Under the pieces are notes generated by a model that was not told where the DNA came from, ran no database searches, and saw nothing but the letters and a program-made list of their open reading frames with translations. A stretch of DNA of 24,000 nt, from the sequence record OR882092.1. One strand, 5' to 3'. Below, in pieces: positions 1-8,929 of this stretch. Position numbers and translations under genes: made by a program. The stretch is from Klebsiella phage KP6. Each line of letters opens with the position of its first letter. The stretch's first letter is position 1.

Positions 1-2
1 AT

Positions 3-644
3 CAGAACTACGTTCTTGGAAACAGGGATTCATTATTCTCCCGTTCGGATGAACAATTTGCCCAGAAGTTCAAAGATTACATCCCGGCGTACCCAAAGGT
101 CTATGATTACTATCGTGTCAACCGGGTTTTGAACATGTCCGGTTTGAATCTTCCTGTCGGTTACTGGAATGATTATTTGAACGGCGTTCTGAAAACTCTG
201 GGTGCCGAGCGCCAGGTGAACATCGTTTGGGTGATAACTTCAGGCCAGCCGATTGAATATTTCCAGGGGCTGGTGTATGCATGGGCTGGCGGCAAGAAGA
301 ATGACGTCATCGTCGTTACCGATATCACCAAGGATATGAAGATAAATTGGGGTAAGAGCACTTCTTTTGCAGACGGCATGAATAACATGGAATTGCATTC
401 CCGCAATGGATTATCCCTTACTGGACAGCCCATGGGAATAGCAGTCTTCCAAGAAGTCGCTACCAATATCAGCAAGGGCTACAACCGGGTGTCTATGAAG
501 GAGATGGATTATCTGAAATGGCGTGAGTTGAAGACCTGGGAAGCCCTGATCGTGTCTTTACTCGGTTGTGTGCCGTTCGGTGTATTATTCTATCTTGGCG
601 CTGGGCCATATAATTTTAGTCTAAATCGTCGTTTCCCATTCTAA
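3..644 (+). CDS. 5'-truncated phage membrane protein, possible TPM-domain-like; reading frame is open to the window edge, so the listed 129..644 ORF is probably internal to a longer gene
   Basis: Frame 3 is open from nt 3 (QNYVLGNRDSLFSRSDEQFAQKF...) through 644. Segment RQVNIVWVITSGQPIEYFQGLVYAWAGGKKNDVIVVTD resembles TPM domains; C-terminal hydrophobic segment LIVSLLGCVPFGVLFYLGAG. Confidence 0.7.
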   Translation, partial: QNYVLGNRDSLFSRSDEQFAQKFKDYIPAYPKVYDYYRVNRVLNMSGLNLPVGYWNDYLNGVLKTLGAERQVNIVWVITSGQPIEYFQGLVYAWAGGKKNDVIVVTDITKDMKINWGKSTSFADGMNNMELHSRNGLSLTGQPMGIAVFQEVATNISKGYNRVSMKEMDYLKWRELKTWEALIVSLLGCVPFGVLFYLGAGPYNFSLNRRFPF

Positions 645-660
645 ACAAGAGGCTACAAAA

Positions 661-1224
661 ATGTCAAAAAGTATCAGTCCTTCTCTTATCGTCGTCGGTT
701 CTACCGTTGGTTTGATCGCAATCATCGCCGGGTTTCTTATCAGCACGTTCAACGGTTTTAACAAGCTGGAGAACAATGTTAAGAAGTTCAACAAGGACTC
801 GGAGAACTATCTGAGTTCTTATACTATGAAAGTGCAGGACACGGCGCAAATCCCGGACATGTACAAGAACGGGTTGAAGGAAGTCATCAAGGGAACATTT
901 GAAGGCCGCTATGGCGCCGACGGTTCCAAAGCGGTGATGCAATGGATCCAGGAACAGAACATCCAGTTTGATTCGTCCCTGTACAAAGAAATCCAGATCG
1001 TAATCAGCGCGGGCCGTGATGAATTCCGTATCAGCCAGACCAAAAAACTCGATGCGTGCCAGTTGTACGAGACCCGGCTCCAGCAGTTCCCGGGCAACAT
1101 CGTGGCCGGAATGTTTGGTTTCCCGCGCCTAGATCTGGAAAAGACCTGCCAGGTTGTAAGTGATAGCCGTACCCAGGCAGCTTTTGAATCTGGTGTTCAG
1201 GCTCCGATTAACTTCAAAGGTTGA
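661..1224 (+). CDS. LemA-like membrane protein
   Basis: N-terminal TM (SLIVVGSTVGLIAIIAGFLI) followed by FNGFNKLENNVKKF, a long helical region and FPGNIVAGMFGFPRL, matching LemA family architecture. Confidence 0.7.
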   Translation: MSKSISPSLIVVGSTVGLIAIIAGFLISTFNGFNKLENNVKKFNKDSENYLSSYTMKVQDTAQIPDMYKNGLKEVIKGTFEGRYGADGSKAVMQWIQEQNIQFDSSLYKEIQIVISAGRDEFRISQTKKLDACQLYETRLQQFPGNIVAGMFGFPRLDLEKTCQVVSDSRTQAAFESGVQAPINFKG

Positions 1225-1228
1225 TATC

Positions 1229-1663
1229 ATGGCCATTAACATCAACAGCGTGAGACTCACCGAATCATTGAGTCTGGATCAACAACAGGCTCTCCTGGAT
1301 GAAATCGTTATTTCGGCGGTTAAGCAGGGAATCATCAAAGGGGATACTTTGCTGACCCGGCCAGAGATGATTCATCATCTGGTTGTCTGTCTGGGTGAAT
1401 CGGATAACCATCGCAAAAAGATCGTGTTGTTTAAAGAAGGTATTATCCATCCGTCTGGGCGCTGCGCTTTCCTTACTCTGGTTGAAGCGCATCCGGTGGC
1501 TGATAAGAATGAAATCAAAACTTCTATTCCGGTGACGCCGTACACCAAAGACGTTAACGAACTGACGTGGTTCGAAACTATCAACACCATCTATATCATG
1601 GCAGTTGGCGGCCAGCCTATTCAGGATCTGCGCGGCGATTTGAACTACACGCAAGCTGAATAG
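1229..1663 (+). CDS. hypothetical protein (ATG at 1229 preferred over 1160 because it lies after the lemA-like stop and an AAAGG element)
   Basis: 144-aa ORF starting MAININSVRLTESL. Confidence 0.75.
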   Translation: MAININSVRLTESLSLDQQQALLDEIVISAVKQGIIKGDTLLTRPEMIHHLVVCLGESDNHRKKIVLFKEGIIHPSGRCAFLTLVEAHPVADKNEIKTSIPVTPYTKDVNELTWFETINTIYIMAVGGQPIQDLRGDLNYTQAE

Positions 1664-1682
1664 ACTTAATTCTTCAATAAAC

Positions 1683-1717
1683 AGGGATAGGGTATTATTA
1701 CTCTATCCCTTTTCTTT
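1683..1717 (+). terminator. rho-independent terminator candidate
   Basis: AGGGATAGGGTA-TTAT-TACTCTATCCCT stem followed by TTTCTTT. Confidence 0.75.
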
Positions 1718-1728
1718 GGAGCAAAATC

Positions 1729-2118
1729 ATGTCAGAACCCAAAAAGATCGTGATCATCGGGGGCGGTCACCACAGTATTATCATGAAGGCCGCATTACAA
1801 GATCTTCATCCGGAATGGGAAATAAAGCAGATTTCGATCGAAGATCATATGTCAGCTCGTGAATTGGCACGTCGTGAAGAGAACGACAAGCGCATCGTAA
1901 TTCTGGATGAAATCTGTTCTGAATTTGATGTGAAGCAGCTTATCAACAGCCTGAAATCAAGGCGCAAATTAGATGACAATGATTTTATTGAAACATCCAG
2001 AGACGAGCGTCAGATGATGAAAGATGCTCGTTACCAAAAGCCGCCTCGTCTTCGTGGAACCGCTTCCCACAAACGCCAGGCTACTAAAATGAATAACAAA
2101 CGCCGGAGCAAACGCTAA
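1729..2118 (+). CDS. hypothetical protein with basic C-terminus
   Basis: 129-aa ORF after GGAGC ribosome-binding-like element; ends ...KMNNKRRSKR. Confidence 0.75.
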   Translation: MSEPKKIVIIGGGHHSIIMKAALQDLHPEWEIKQISIEDHMSARELARREENDKRIVILDEICSEFDVKQLINSLKSRRKLDDNDFIETSRDERQMMKDARYQKPPRLRGTASHKRQATKMNNKRRSKR

Positions 2119-2558
2119 TGCCTACCAAACCAACTTATGAAGAACTTACACAAGTGGTTCTCACATTTGACAAAACCTTGAAGACCCTGTACAATGTACT
2201 GGGAAAGAATCCGACTTCGGAGTCAGGAAAGACTGTCAACCTGTTGTTGATGTTGAATCCTTTGTGGGATATTGATGCTATCGTGGCGGCGCTGAAAGAA
2301 CCAGAAGCACAGGAACCAACTCCCGTCGCTTCTAACATCCAGAAGTATCTGGAAAACTTTGACGAATATTCTTTTACTGGTCTGATGCTGCGCGATCTGA
2401 TCGATCAGGAAGAACGCCGACAGAGCAAAAATTGTACAGAAGTCCAATCTCGTGATGAAATCAGAGCATCGGTGGAACGTGATTTTGACTATGGTTCTAT
2501 GCAGTTGGCCGTGATGATCGCCAAGGCATTGTCCTATGCCGCCAAAGGAGAATTATAA
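2118..2558 (+). CDS. hypothetical protein
   Basis: 146-aa ORF, TAATG stop/start overlap with the upstream gene. Confidence 0.75.
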   Translation: MPTKPTYEELTQVVLTFDKTLKTLYNVLGKNPTSESGKTVNLLLMLNPLWDIDAIVAALKEPEAQEPTPVASNIQKYLENFDEYSFTGLMLRDLIDQEERRQSKNCTEVQSRDEIRASVERDFDYGSMQLAVMIAKALSYAAKGEL

Positions 2559-2776
2559 TGGGTTCCAAAAAGGCATTAGTTGCCATTGCTATGGCTGGTG
2601 CTGTTATCAGTGCAGAACAAGCATTGGCGCGTAGTTATCAGGAATCACGTCATCGCGGTGATGATATTTGGTATTCCAACAATTCAGGGCCGGGGACGCC
2701 AGGCCATGGTCGGCCATCAGTGAACCGTCCAAAGAAAGCCAAAACGCATGGAAAGAACAAAAGGAAACGCAAATGA
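2558..2776 (+). CDS. small putatively exported, highly basic protein
   Basis: 72-aa ORF preceded by AAAGGAG; signal-like MGSKKALVAIAMAGAVISAEQALA, then a very basic tail RPKKAKTHGKNKRKRK. Confidence 0.65.
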   Translation: MGSKKALVAIAMAGAVISAEQALARSYQESRHRGDDIWYSNNSGPGTPGHGRPSVNRPKKAKTHGKNKRKRK

Positions 2777-2940
2777 GTGATGACACCTTAACAGAAGAAC
2801 GGCTCCTCGAAATATCTGAAGGGGAGCCGAGGAAGGTAAAGTGTCATGTCATGTTTGGTGAAGGGAAACAGATGGCCGACGAAATTCTGTATCTACGAGC
2901 CGAACTCGCTCGATTAAGTAAACCTGAACCCGAAATTTAG
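2773..2940 (+). CDS. small hypothetical protein (ATG at 2773 within the longer 2668..2940 ORF)
   Basis: ORF MSDDTLTEERLLEISEGEPRK..., overlaps the preceding stop by 4 nt (ATGA). Confidence 0.6.
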   Translation: MSDDTLTEERLLEISEGEPRKVKCHVMFGEGKQMADEILYLRAELARLSKPEPEI

Positions 2941-2950
2941 AGGATATATT

Positions 2951-3292
2951 ATGAGTTCTATTGAACAGCTGATCACACCGCAGTACATTTATTCTAACAT
3001 TGTTGAGCATCTGCGCTCACAATTGAATATCGGTACGTTGAACAGCAGTGAATTGTCTGACTTCAAAATTAATGAAGTCGAGATCGCCGCCTTCGGGAGC
3101 CGCTACCATTTTGAGATCAAGCGCACTGTTGTAGAGCAGGTGACTTCCAGCCTTCTGGATCTGAGTGCAACCAAGCCCAATCGTGCCGAGCCGACTGTAG
3201 TTGTCAAACAATACGTCGGTTATCTGGAAGAAGTGCTGGAACCGGGGGCGACGCGCCCGACCTTTGACTTCCGAGCATCACTCATTGGATAA
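2951..3292 (+). CDS. hypothetical protein
   Basis: 113-aa ORF immediately after GAGGATAT element. Confidence 0.7.
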   Translation: MSSIEQLITPQYIYSNIVEHLRSQLNIGTLNSSELSDFKINEVEIAAFGSRYHFEIKRTVVEQVTSSLLDLSATKPNRAEPTVVVKQYVGYLEEVLEPGATRPTFDFRASLIG

Positions 3293-3300
3293 TATGAACT

Positions 3301-3325
3301 AAAGCCCCTTCTCAGGGGCTTTTTC
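3301..3325 (+). terminator. rho-independent terminator
   Basis: AAAGCCCCT-TCTC-AGGGGCTTTTT. Confidence 0.9.
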
Positions 3326-3391
3326 AATTGAACTGTCGTCACGTATCATACCTCTGTGTAATCCCTTTGAAACTGATAGGACTTCTTCGTT

Positions 3392-6148
3392 ATGAAAATG
3401 CGCAAGTCAGAGCACTTCGTCCGCTCTTCATCATCTATATCCGGTAATGTGTTCAACGTCAAAATGACCGATAAGTTATTTGAAACGTTGTTCTCCAGCC
3501 TTTATCGTTATAAAGAAGCGGCAGCGCTTCGTGAGACCGTTTGTAATGCGATTGACGCTCACAACATGCGTAACCGTTTACAGCGCTGGATGCCGTCTCA
3601 TTATGCCTCTCTGTCCCCGATGCCCCAACTGTATAGTAAGTATCTGGCTCCTTCTAACATTCCCGTAGAAGTCCATCTCCCGGACGATTACGAGCCATGG
3701 CTAGAAATCAAAGACTGGGGTATCGGCCTTTCGCTGGAACAGATCATGGGTGAACCTATTTTGGCCCGTGAAGATGAAGTTCTTCTGGCGGGCAACATGG
3801 TCGTCAAAGAAGACGAAATCCCAGAAGGTTCTGAAGTCCTGGGTGTACCCGATTTCTCTTCGTATTATGGTGGCCAATTGGTCTTTAAAACCCAAGATGG
3901 CGAAATCATCCGTTCCCCTGGGCTTTATACCACTTTGTTCAACAGTACCAAAGAAGACGATGATGGCCAGATCGGCGCGTTCGGTCTGGGTTCCAAATCA
4001 CCTTTCTCTGTGTCGGATTCATTCACTGTTGAATCCCGCTATGAAGGGAAGATCTATCGCTTCCTGATGTATCTGAACGGGAACCGTATCCCGACCGTTG
4101 ACCTGGTGACTAAAAACGTAGAAACCCGCGAGCCTGCGCCGGAAGACACAGATGAATGGAATGGTTTGTCTGTGAAAGTCCCGGTCAAGAATAGTCGTTT
4201 CCGTGCGTTTGAAGAAGAACTGATTCGTCTTGGCAAAGTTATGAAGCCCAACGAGCGCCCGAAAGTCACGAATCACTCATACAACTTCGATTGGGAAGAC
4301 ATCAGTTTTAACAACCGGGTGGGGAATACCTATATTCAGCCGAAGGGGACGGGGAATACCCACTATGCGGTCATGGGCGGGGTGTCATACCCTATTGATC
4401 TGGAACAACTGGAACAAGACGTTTCTTCTATTCTGGAAAAGTTCCCGACATCCTATACCTTCTTTGAACTCGGTGAGCTTAATGTCCCACCATCCCGTGA
4501 AGACTTGTCTTACGATGAGTACACTCGAGAAACCCTGAATCGTCAGTTCAAGAAAGTGGCGAATAAAATTATGCAGGAAAAGATTTCCGAACTCAACCTG
4601 GCGGCCAGCAAAGGCCCGCTGGCGTTGTATATGAAGAAAGACGAATTCACCAACATGTTCGGTAGCGGTTTCCGCAAAATGATGGAGCGGGACTTCCCGG
4701 CTGATACCCGCTTCTACAAAGGGAAATATGTTTACAACGGCACCCCTGATATAGAACGTAACATCGATGTTGACGCTCCATTCCGTACTGCCGGGAATCC
4801 TTATTACCTTGAAATATATTGGGATGCCGGGTATTGGGAAACCAAGGATTCACTCATGCTGAATGACGTTTATGGTTGGGTTGGTGAGAAAAAATCTGTT
4901 GCTATTATTATCGATAACTCCAGCCGCGCCCGTAATCTGAAAATCAGGACGGCGCGAAATAATCATGATGTTGTCATCGTTGTTAAGCCCAATGATTCTT
5001 TGCTGACCAATCGCAATTTATTGCAAAACCATAAAGGCGCATACAAGAATCACGAAGAGCTTCAATCCTATTTTGAATCTTGGGTTGGTAAACAAGAGAC
5101 AACTATTGACCATTTGGTATTTGCCGATAAGTTTTACGAAGTTATTTCGGAAATTCTCGTGCCAAGTGAAGTTTATTTCATGCATGATATGCAGTATGTG
5201 AAGCCCCCGGTCGAAAAAGATCCAGGGATGTTTGAATACGAAGGGTTCCGTTTCAGTTTCTATAAGGATAGAGAATTATCTGCTGAAGATATCTCCAGTA
5301 TCATTGATTCTGGTAAGCAAATTGTTTATGTTGAGATATCAGGAACTAACAGCATCCATGATATTCGTGGAAAACGTGTTAATGAATACGTTGCCCGGAG
5401 CATTTTGGAATGTATGCACAACACTCCTATGGACGATGAGGGGAACAAAATATTTGAGTTCATGAACTTCCATAAGAAAGTCATCCTTGCCCGCCGTAAA
5501 TCGGTTCCGATGATGAAAAAGTTCCCGGAAGTGTTCGTGCCAATTGATGCGGTATTTGAAATGTTGTTGAAACGCCATATGCCGTCTTTCAAATCTAAGA
5601 ATGCCCGGGAACTGTTAGCATTAAGAAAGCAAACTCGTTGTATCATAAACCGTATCCCGTATGCGGAGTCACTTCTGGCCAAATCTCACGAAGGTATTCC
5701 AGAAAAGTTTGCTTATCTGAAGGATAAAATATCCCAGCTGGATAAGAATAATATTGAATTAATCCCGGAAACTGAATGGGATTATCTGAAGGAAATCAGT
5801 AAGAACAAGAAAGGATTATCTGGCGTCAAAGATCTTAACGAGGCGATGGAAAAATTAAATTTCCATGTTAGCATCAAAAAGAACTTTGACCAATACCGCC
5901 ATGGGCAGGCGCGTATGATTCAATTGTTCTCCAGCATCAATGAATTGCTGAAAAACAACGGTTATTGCGAAATCAGCTGGACACGTTCTATTTCGCAGAC
6001 CCAAAAGAAATATAACCGGTATCGTGTCGATTGCCATAACTTGCTAAAACATCTGATGGCAACGTATACGCCTGTGGCTCAGAACCCGGTTGAAGAAGAC
6101 AAAGAGGGTTTCTTCGCCGCTATTTCAAAACGTATTCTCGGGGCATAA
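3392..6148 (+). CDS. rIIA: rIIA-like protein, GHKL-type ATPase
   Basis: 918 aa; GHKL-like motifs ETVCNAIDAH, IKDWGIGLS, GAFGLGSKSPFSVSD; followed directly by an rIIB-like gene. Confidence 0.85.
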   Translation: MKMRKSEHFVRSSSSISGNVFNVKMTDKLFETLFSSLYRYKEAAALRETVCNAIDAHNMRNRLQRWMPSHYASLSPMPQLYSKYLAPSNIPVEVHLPDDYEPWLEIKDWGIGLSLEQIMGEPILAREDEVLLAGNMVVKEDEIPEGSEVLGVPDFSSYYGGQLVFKTQDGEIIRSPGLYTTLFNSTKEDDDGQIGAFGLGSKSPFSVSDSFTVESRYEGKIYRFLMYLNGNRIPTVDLVTKNVETREPAPEDTDEWNGLSVKVPVKNSRFRAFEEELIRLGKVMKPNERPKVTNHSYNFDWEDISFNNRVGNTYIQPKGTGNTHYAVMGGVSYPIDLEQLEQDVSSILEKFPTSYTFFELGELNVPPSREDLSYDEYTRETLNRQFKKVANKIMQEKISELNLAASKGPLALYMKKDEFTNMFGSGFRKMMERDFPADTRFYKGKYVYNGTPDIERNIDVDAPFRTAGNPYYLEIYWDAGYWETKDSLMLNDVYGWVGEKKSVAIIIDNSSRARNLKIRTARNNHDVVIVVKPNDSLLTNRNLLQNHKGAYKNHEELQSYFESWVGKQETTIDHLVFADKFYEVISEILVPSEVYFMHDMQYVKPPVEKDPGMFEYEGFRFSFYKDRELSAEDISSIIDSGKQIVYVEISGTNSIHDIRGKRVNEYVARSILECMHNTPMDDEGNKIFEFMNFHKKVILARRKSVPMMKKFPEVFVPIDAVFEMLLKRHMPSFKSKNARELLALRKQTRCIINRIPYAESLLAKSHEGIPEKFAYLKDKISQLDKNNIELIPETEWDYLKEISKNKKGLSGVKDLNEAMEKLNFHVSIKKNFDQYRHGQARMIQLFSSINELLKNNGYCEISWTRSISQTQKKYNRYRVDCHNLLKHLMATYTPVAQNPVEEDKEGFFAAISKRILGA

Positions 6149-6181
6149 TAGCCCCGTCTAACACAAAGTGGGAACTACAAG

Positions 6182-7768
6182 ATGACTGCTACCGAAAAAA
6201 GTATTTTGCGGATGTTGAAGGATGGCAAAAGCCAGAATTCTATCGCTAACGAATTGGGCGTTCCTCGCTCAATGGTACAGCGTGTGTCCGACCAGGAGCT
6301 GGGGGTTGACCCGGCTTCTCTGAAATCGCTGACAACCGAACAGATCGAACTGATCCAGTCTCAGAGCCAGGCCGGGGAAAGCAACACCACCCTGGCATCG
6401 GCTTATGGCGTCAGCACCAAAACTATCGCCCGTGCGCTGATGGTCCGTATCATCAAACAAGCAAACAACATCACCGTCATTTCACCGATTAAAGAATCTG
6501 ACGCCACGAAAGAATTCGAAGTCCTGGAAGGCGGCGTGGCTGTATATGAAAAAGACGATGAAGAGTGGTATGTCGGCAAGTTCATGGAGAACCACAACCA
6601 ATTCCTGTGTTTGCGTTATACGGACGACAGCAGTTATGCTGGGATCAAAGCGGCTATGATCGCGCGCGATCAGCTGAAACCGTCTGAGTCTTCCGACAAA
6701 TTGAATTCTAAAAATGACGGCGATAAAATCGTTGCGCTGGCCGAAGTGGCATCTGCTCTGGTTGATGGTTACAAAGGTGAGACTTCCGAGATCACGGTTA
6801 TTTTACCTGACGAAGACACGTATCCGATGCGCGGCTCCATGGACGCCCGCCGCCGGGTTGGTTATTACGACAGCATCCTCGGTCGCACCCTGCGTCTGGC
6901 GCTGTCATCCGTGACTTTCAAAGTAAAATTGAAAGAAACGCAGCAAATCGGTGACAAACAGACCAAGGCTGAATTCGGCGATAAAGAGCTGAGTGTGTTC
7001 CTGAACGAACATCAGATCATGATCCTGCCGGAGAGCGTCGTTATTGTCATCGATGGCAAACCGGAAACGATCACGACCAGCCACCAGTCGTATGACCGAA
7101 TCGTTGAAGCGATTAAATCTCGTGACATCAAACTGGCGTATACGTTGATGAAGCCGCGCGAAGCTATTGAGAAATTTGCGACAGGCCTGGTTGACATCAG
7201 CAATAACCGTGTTCGTTGGTCCGGTCATGATATCACTGGCACGAGCGTCGCCAAGCGTATCCTGACACTGATGCTGCGTGGTGATTACAGCAACATGCAG
7301 CGCCTGACGAACTTCCTGGATAAGATGTTCCAGAACCCGAGTTCGTCCCTGGTACAGTCTGGCCGCATCTATGAATTCATGGCATACTCGGATATTGAGA
7401 TTGCCGAAGACGGTGACATCATTCTGTACAAGTCGGTCCGTGGCAATTACATGGACAAGCACTCTGGTACGATCGACAACACTCCGGGAACGATTGTACG
7501 CATGGCGCGTTCCTTCGTTAACGATGACAACAAAGACCTGTGCTCCTATGGGCTGCACGTCTGCTCGCTGGCATATCTGAAGCAATGCTTCGGCCACTTG
7601 GGTCAGCGCGTTGTTCGTTGTAAGCTGAACCCGAAGGACATCGTGTCGATCACTGATGACTACAAGTCCAGTAAAATTCGCTGCTGTGAATATCTGGTGT
7701 TAGACGACTACACCACTGAGTATAATCGTCAACACAAATCCATTGACGTTGAAGGGCTTTATCGTTAA
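6182..7768 (+). CDS. rIIB: rIIB-like protein with N-terminal HTH-like segments
   Basis: 528 aa; C-terminal TPGTIVRMARSFVNDDNKDLCSYGLHVCSLAYLKQCFG is characteristic of rIIB; location directly after rIIA. Confidence 0.85.
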   Translation: MTATEKSILRMLKDGKSQNSIANELGVPRSMVQRVSDQELGVDPASLKSLTTEQIELIQSQSQAGESNTTLASAYGVSTKTIARALMVRIIKQANNITVISPIKESDATKEFEVLEGGVAVYEKDDEEWYVGKFMENHNQFLCLRYTDDSSYAGIKAAMIARDQLKPSESSDKLNSKNDGDKIVALAEVASALVDGYKGETSEITVILPDEDTYPMRGSMDARRRVGYYDSILGRTLRLALSSVTFKVKLKETQQIGDKQTKAEFGDKELSVFLNEHQIMILPESVVIVIDGKPETITTSHQSYDRIVEAIKSRDIKLAYTLMKPREAIEKFATGLVDISNNRVRWSGHDITGTSVAKRILTLMLRGDYSNMQRLTNFLDKMFQNPSSSLVQSGRIYEFMAYSDIEIAEDGDIILYKSVRGNYMDKHSGTIDNTPGTIVRMARSFVNDDNKDLCSYGLHVCSLAYLKQCFGHLGQRVVRCKLNPKDIVSITDDYKSSKIRCCEYLVLDDYTTEYNRQHKSIDVEGLYR

Positions 7769-7785
7769 TCACAACAGCGTAAAAT

Positions 7786-7806
7786 AAGGGGCTTCGGCCC
7801 CTTTTT
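7786..7806 (+). terminator. rho-independent terminator
   Basis: AAGGGGC-TTCG-GCCCCTTTTT. Confidence 0.92.
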
Positions 7807-7820
7807 GTTGGAGTTAATTC

Positions 7821-8117
7821 ATGGAAACCAGAGATGTTTATTTCAAATATGCTCGCCAGACATTTGGGCCTTATAGAACGACTGAAAAGTTCTTAATAGA
7901 TTCTTTTCAATTTGACGGTGAAATGCGAGAATATTCATACAAACATTTCCCGGTCAGGAATATTGAAGGGAGCCAATTCGTAAAATTATTCTGTCGTTGT
8001 GGGGCATGTGACTTTAATGACGACGGGCGTTGTATGCATGAATACCAATGCAATTGCTGTGGTAAATATATCAAAGTCTATAGGAGAACTGAACATGGCC
8101 AAGACACCGAAAGTTAA
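7821..8117 (+). CDS. Cys-rich, putative zinc-binding small protein
   Basis: 98-aa ORF, KLFCRCGACDFNDDGRCMHEYQCNCCGKY. Confidence 0.65.
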   Translation: METRDVYFKYARQTFGPYRTTEKFLIDSFQFDGEMREYSYKHFPVRNIEGSQFVKLFCRCGACDFNDDGRCMHEYQCNCCGKYIKVYRRTEHGQDTES

Positions 8118-8505
8118 AGATACTGCTGTTGTTGACCCAATCACCGCAGTAGAAGAACAGAAAATCCCATCATACCTGCAGCGCGTCCTGGATAACATCC
8201 CGAACGTTGGCGACGGCGCCACGGTATATGCTGGCGACTATGGTTGGGTATGCGAGCATAAAAACGGCGATAAGGAGCTTCTGGAGGAGCTAACCGGGCT
8301 TGCCAGTACCCTCAAACGTTATGGTCGTGACAAATTCGGCCGACCGATAGAACCGGGCACGGTAGTCAGCACTGATATTACAGTAGAAACCCTCAATCTT
8401 CTGGATATTAACGATCTGTCGGTATTGGGTGAGCCTCTGGGGATTGTAGAAACAGACCGGGACAAACTGATCGCCAAATTGATCGAAAAACTTCAGATTA
8501 AATAA
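8095..8505 (+). CDS. hypothetical protein (ATG 8095 preferred)
   Basis: ORF MAKTPKVKDTAVVDP..., AGGAG upstream at about 8082. Confidence 0.7.
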   Translation: MAKTPKVKDTAVVDPITAVEEQKIPSYLQRVLDNIPNVGDGATVYAGDYGWVCEHKNGDKELLEELTGLASTLKRYGRDKFGRPIEPGTVVSTDITVETLNLLDINDLSVLGEPLGIVETDRDKLIAKLIEKLQIK

Positions 8506-8536
8506 GTCCAGTGTACAACAGCTGAACTTATCCTAT

Positions 8537-8929
8537 ATGCCTATTGTTGATGAAAGCAATTTAATGGAATACGCTCTGAGGCATTATATTACTCCTTGTG
8601 TCTCAAGAGATGATTTGATGGTGGACATTCAGCGAATTTCGCTAATTAATCAATCATTGAAACGATTTGTCCCCGGGAAAAGTCCCCGAGTCCTTATCAA
8701 TCAATTGATTACGCTTTTCAACACATTTGAGACTGAGGCTGTATGCCGAATGTTGGTGTTGAAAACTGACAAGTCCCAACATCCTCGTCTGAAAGCAGCG
8801 TTGTTGACGTTAGGTGTATGGAGAGATGATTTATGTTCCGGTTCTTATGAACCAGATAACGAGCTGATGATGGCTCTGAACAACGATTTGGATGAGTGGA
8901 GGAAACCATGCCAACAATCAATGTATTAG
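8537..8929 (+). CDS. conserved-type phage hypothetical protein
   Basis: 130-aa ORF, no obvious SD before the annotated ATG, so the start is uncertain. Confidence 0.6.
   Translation: MPIVDESNLMEYALRHYITPCVSRDDLMVDIQRISLINQSLKRFVPGKSPRVLINQLITLFNTFETEAVCRMLVLKTDKSQHPRLKAALLTLGVWRDDLCSGSYEPDNELMMALNNDLDEWRKPCQQSMY

Noticed and set aside
6905-7597. 230-aa minus-strand ORF
   Set aside because: Antisense to the rIIB-like gene, no ribosome-binding signal or motif seen; codon-bias shadow.
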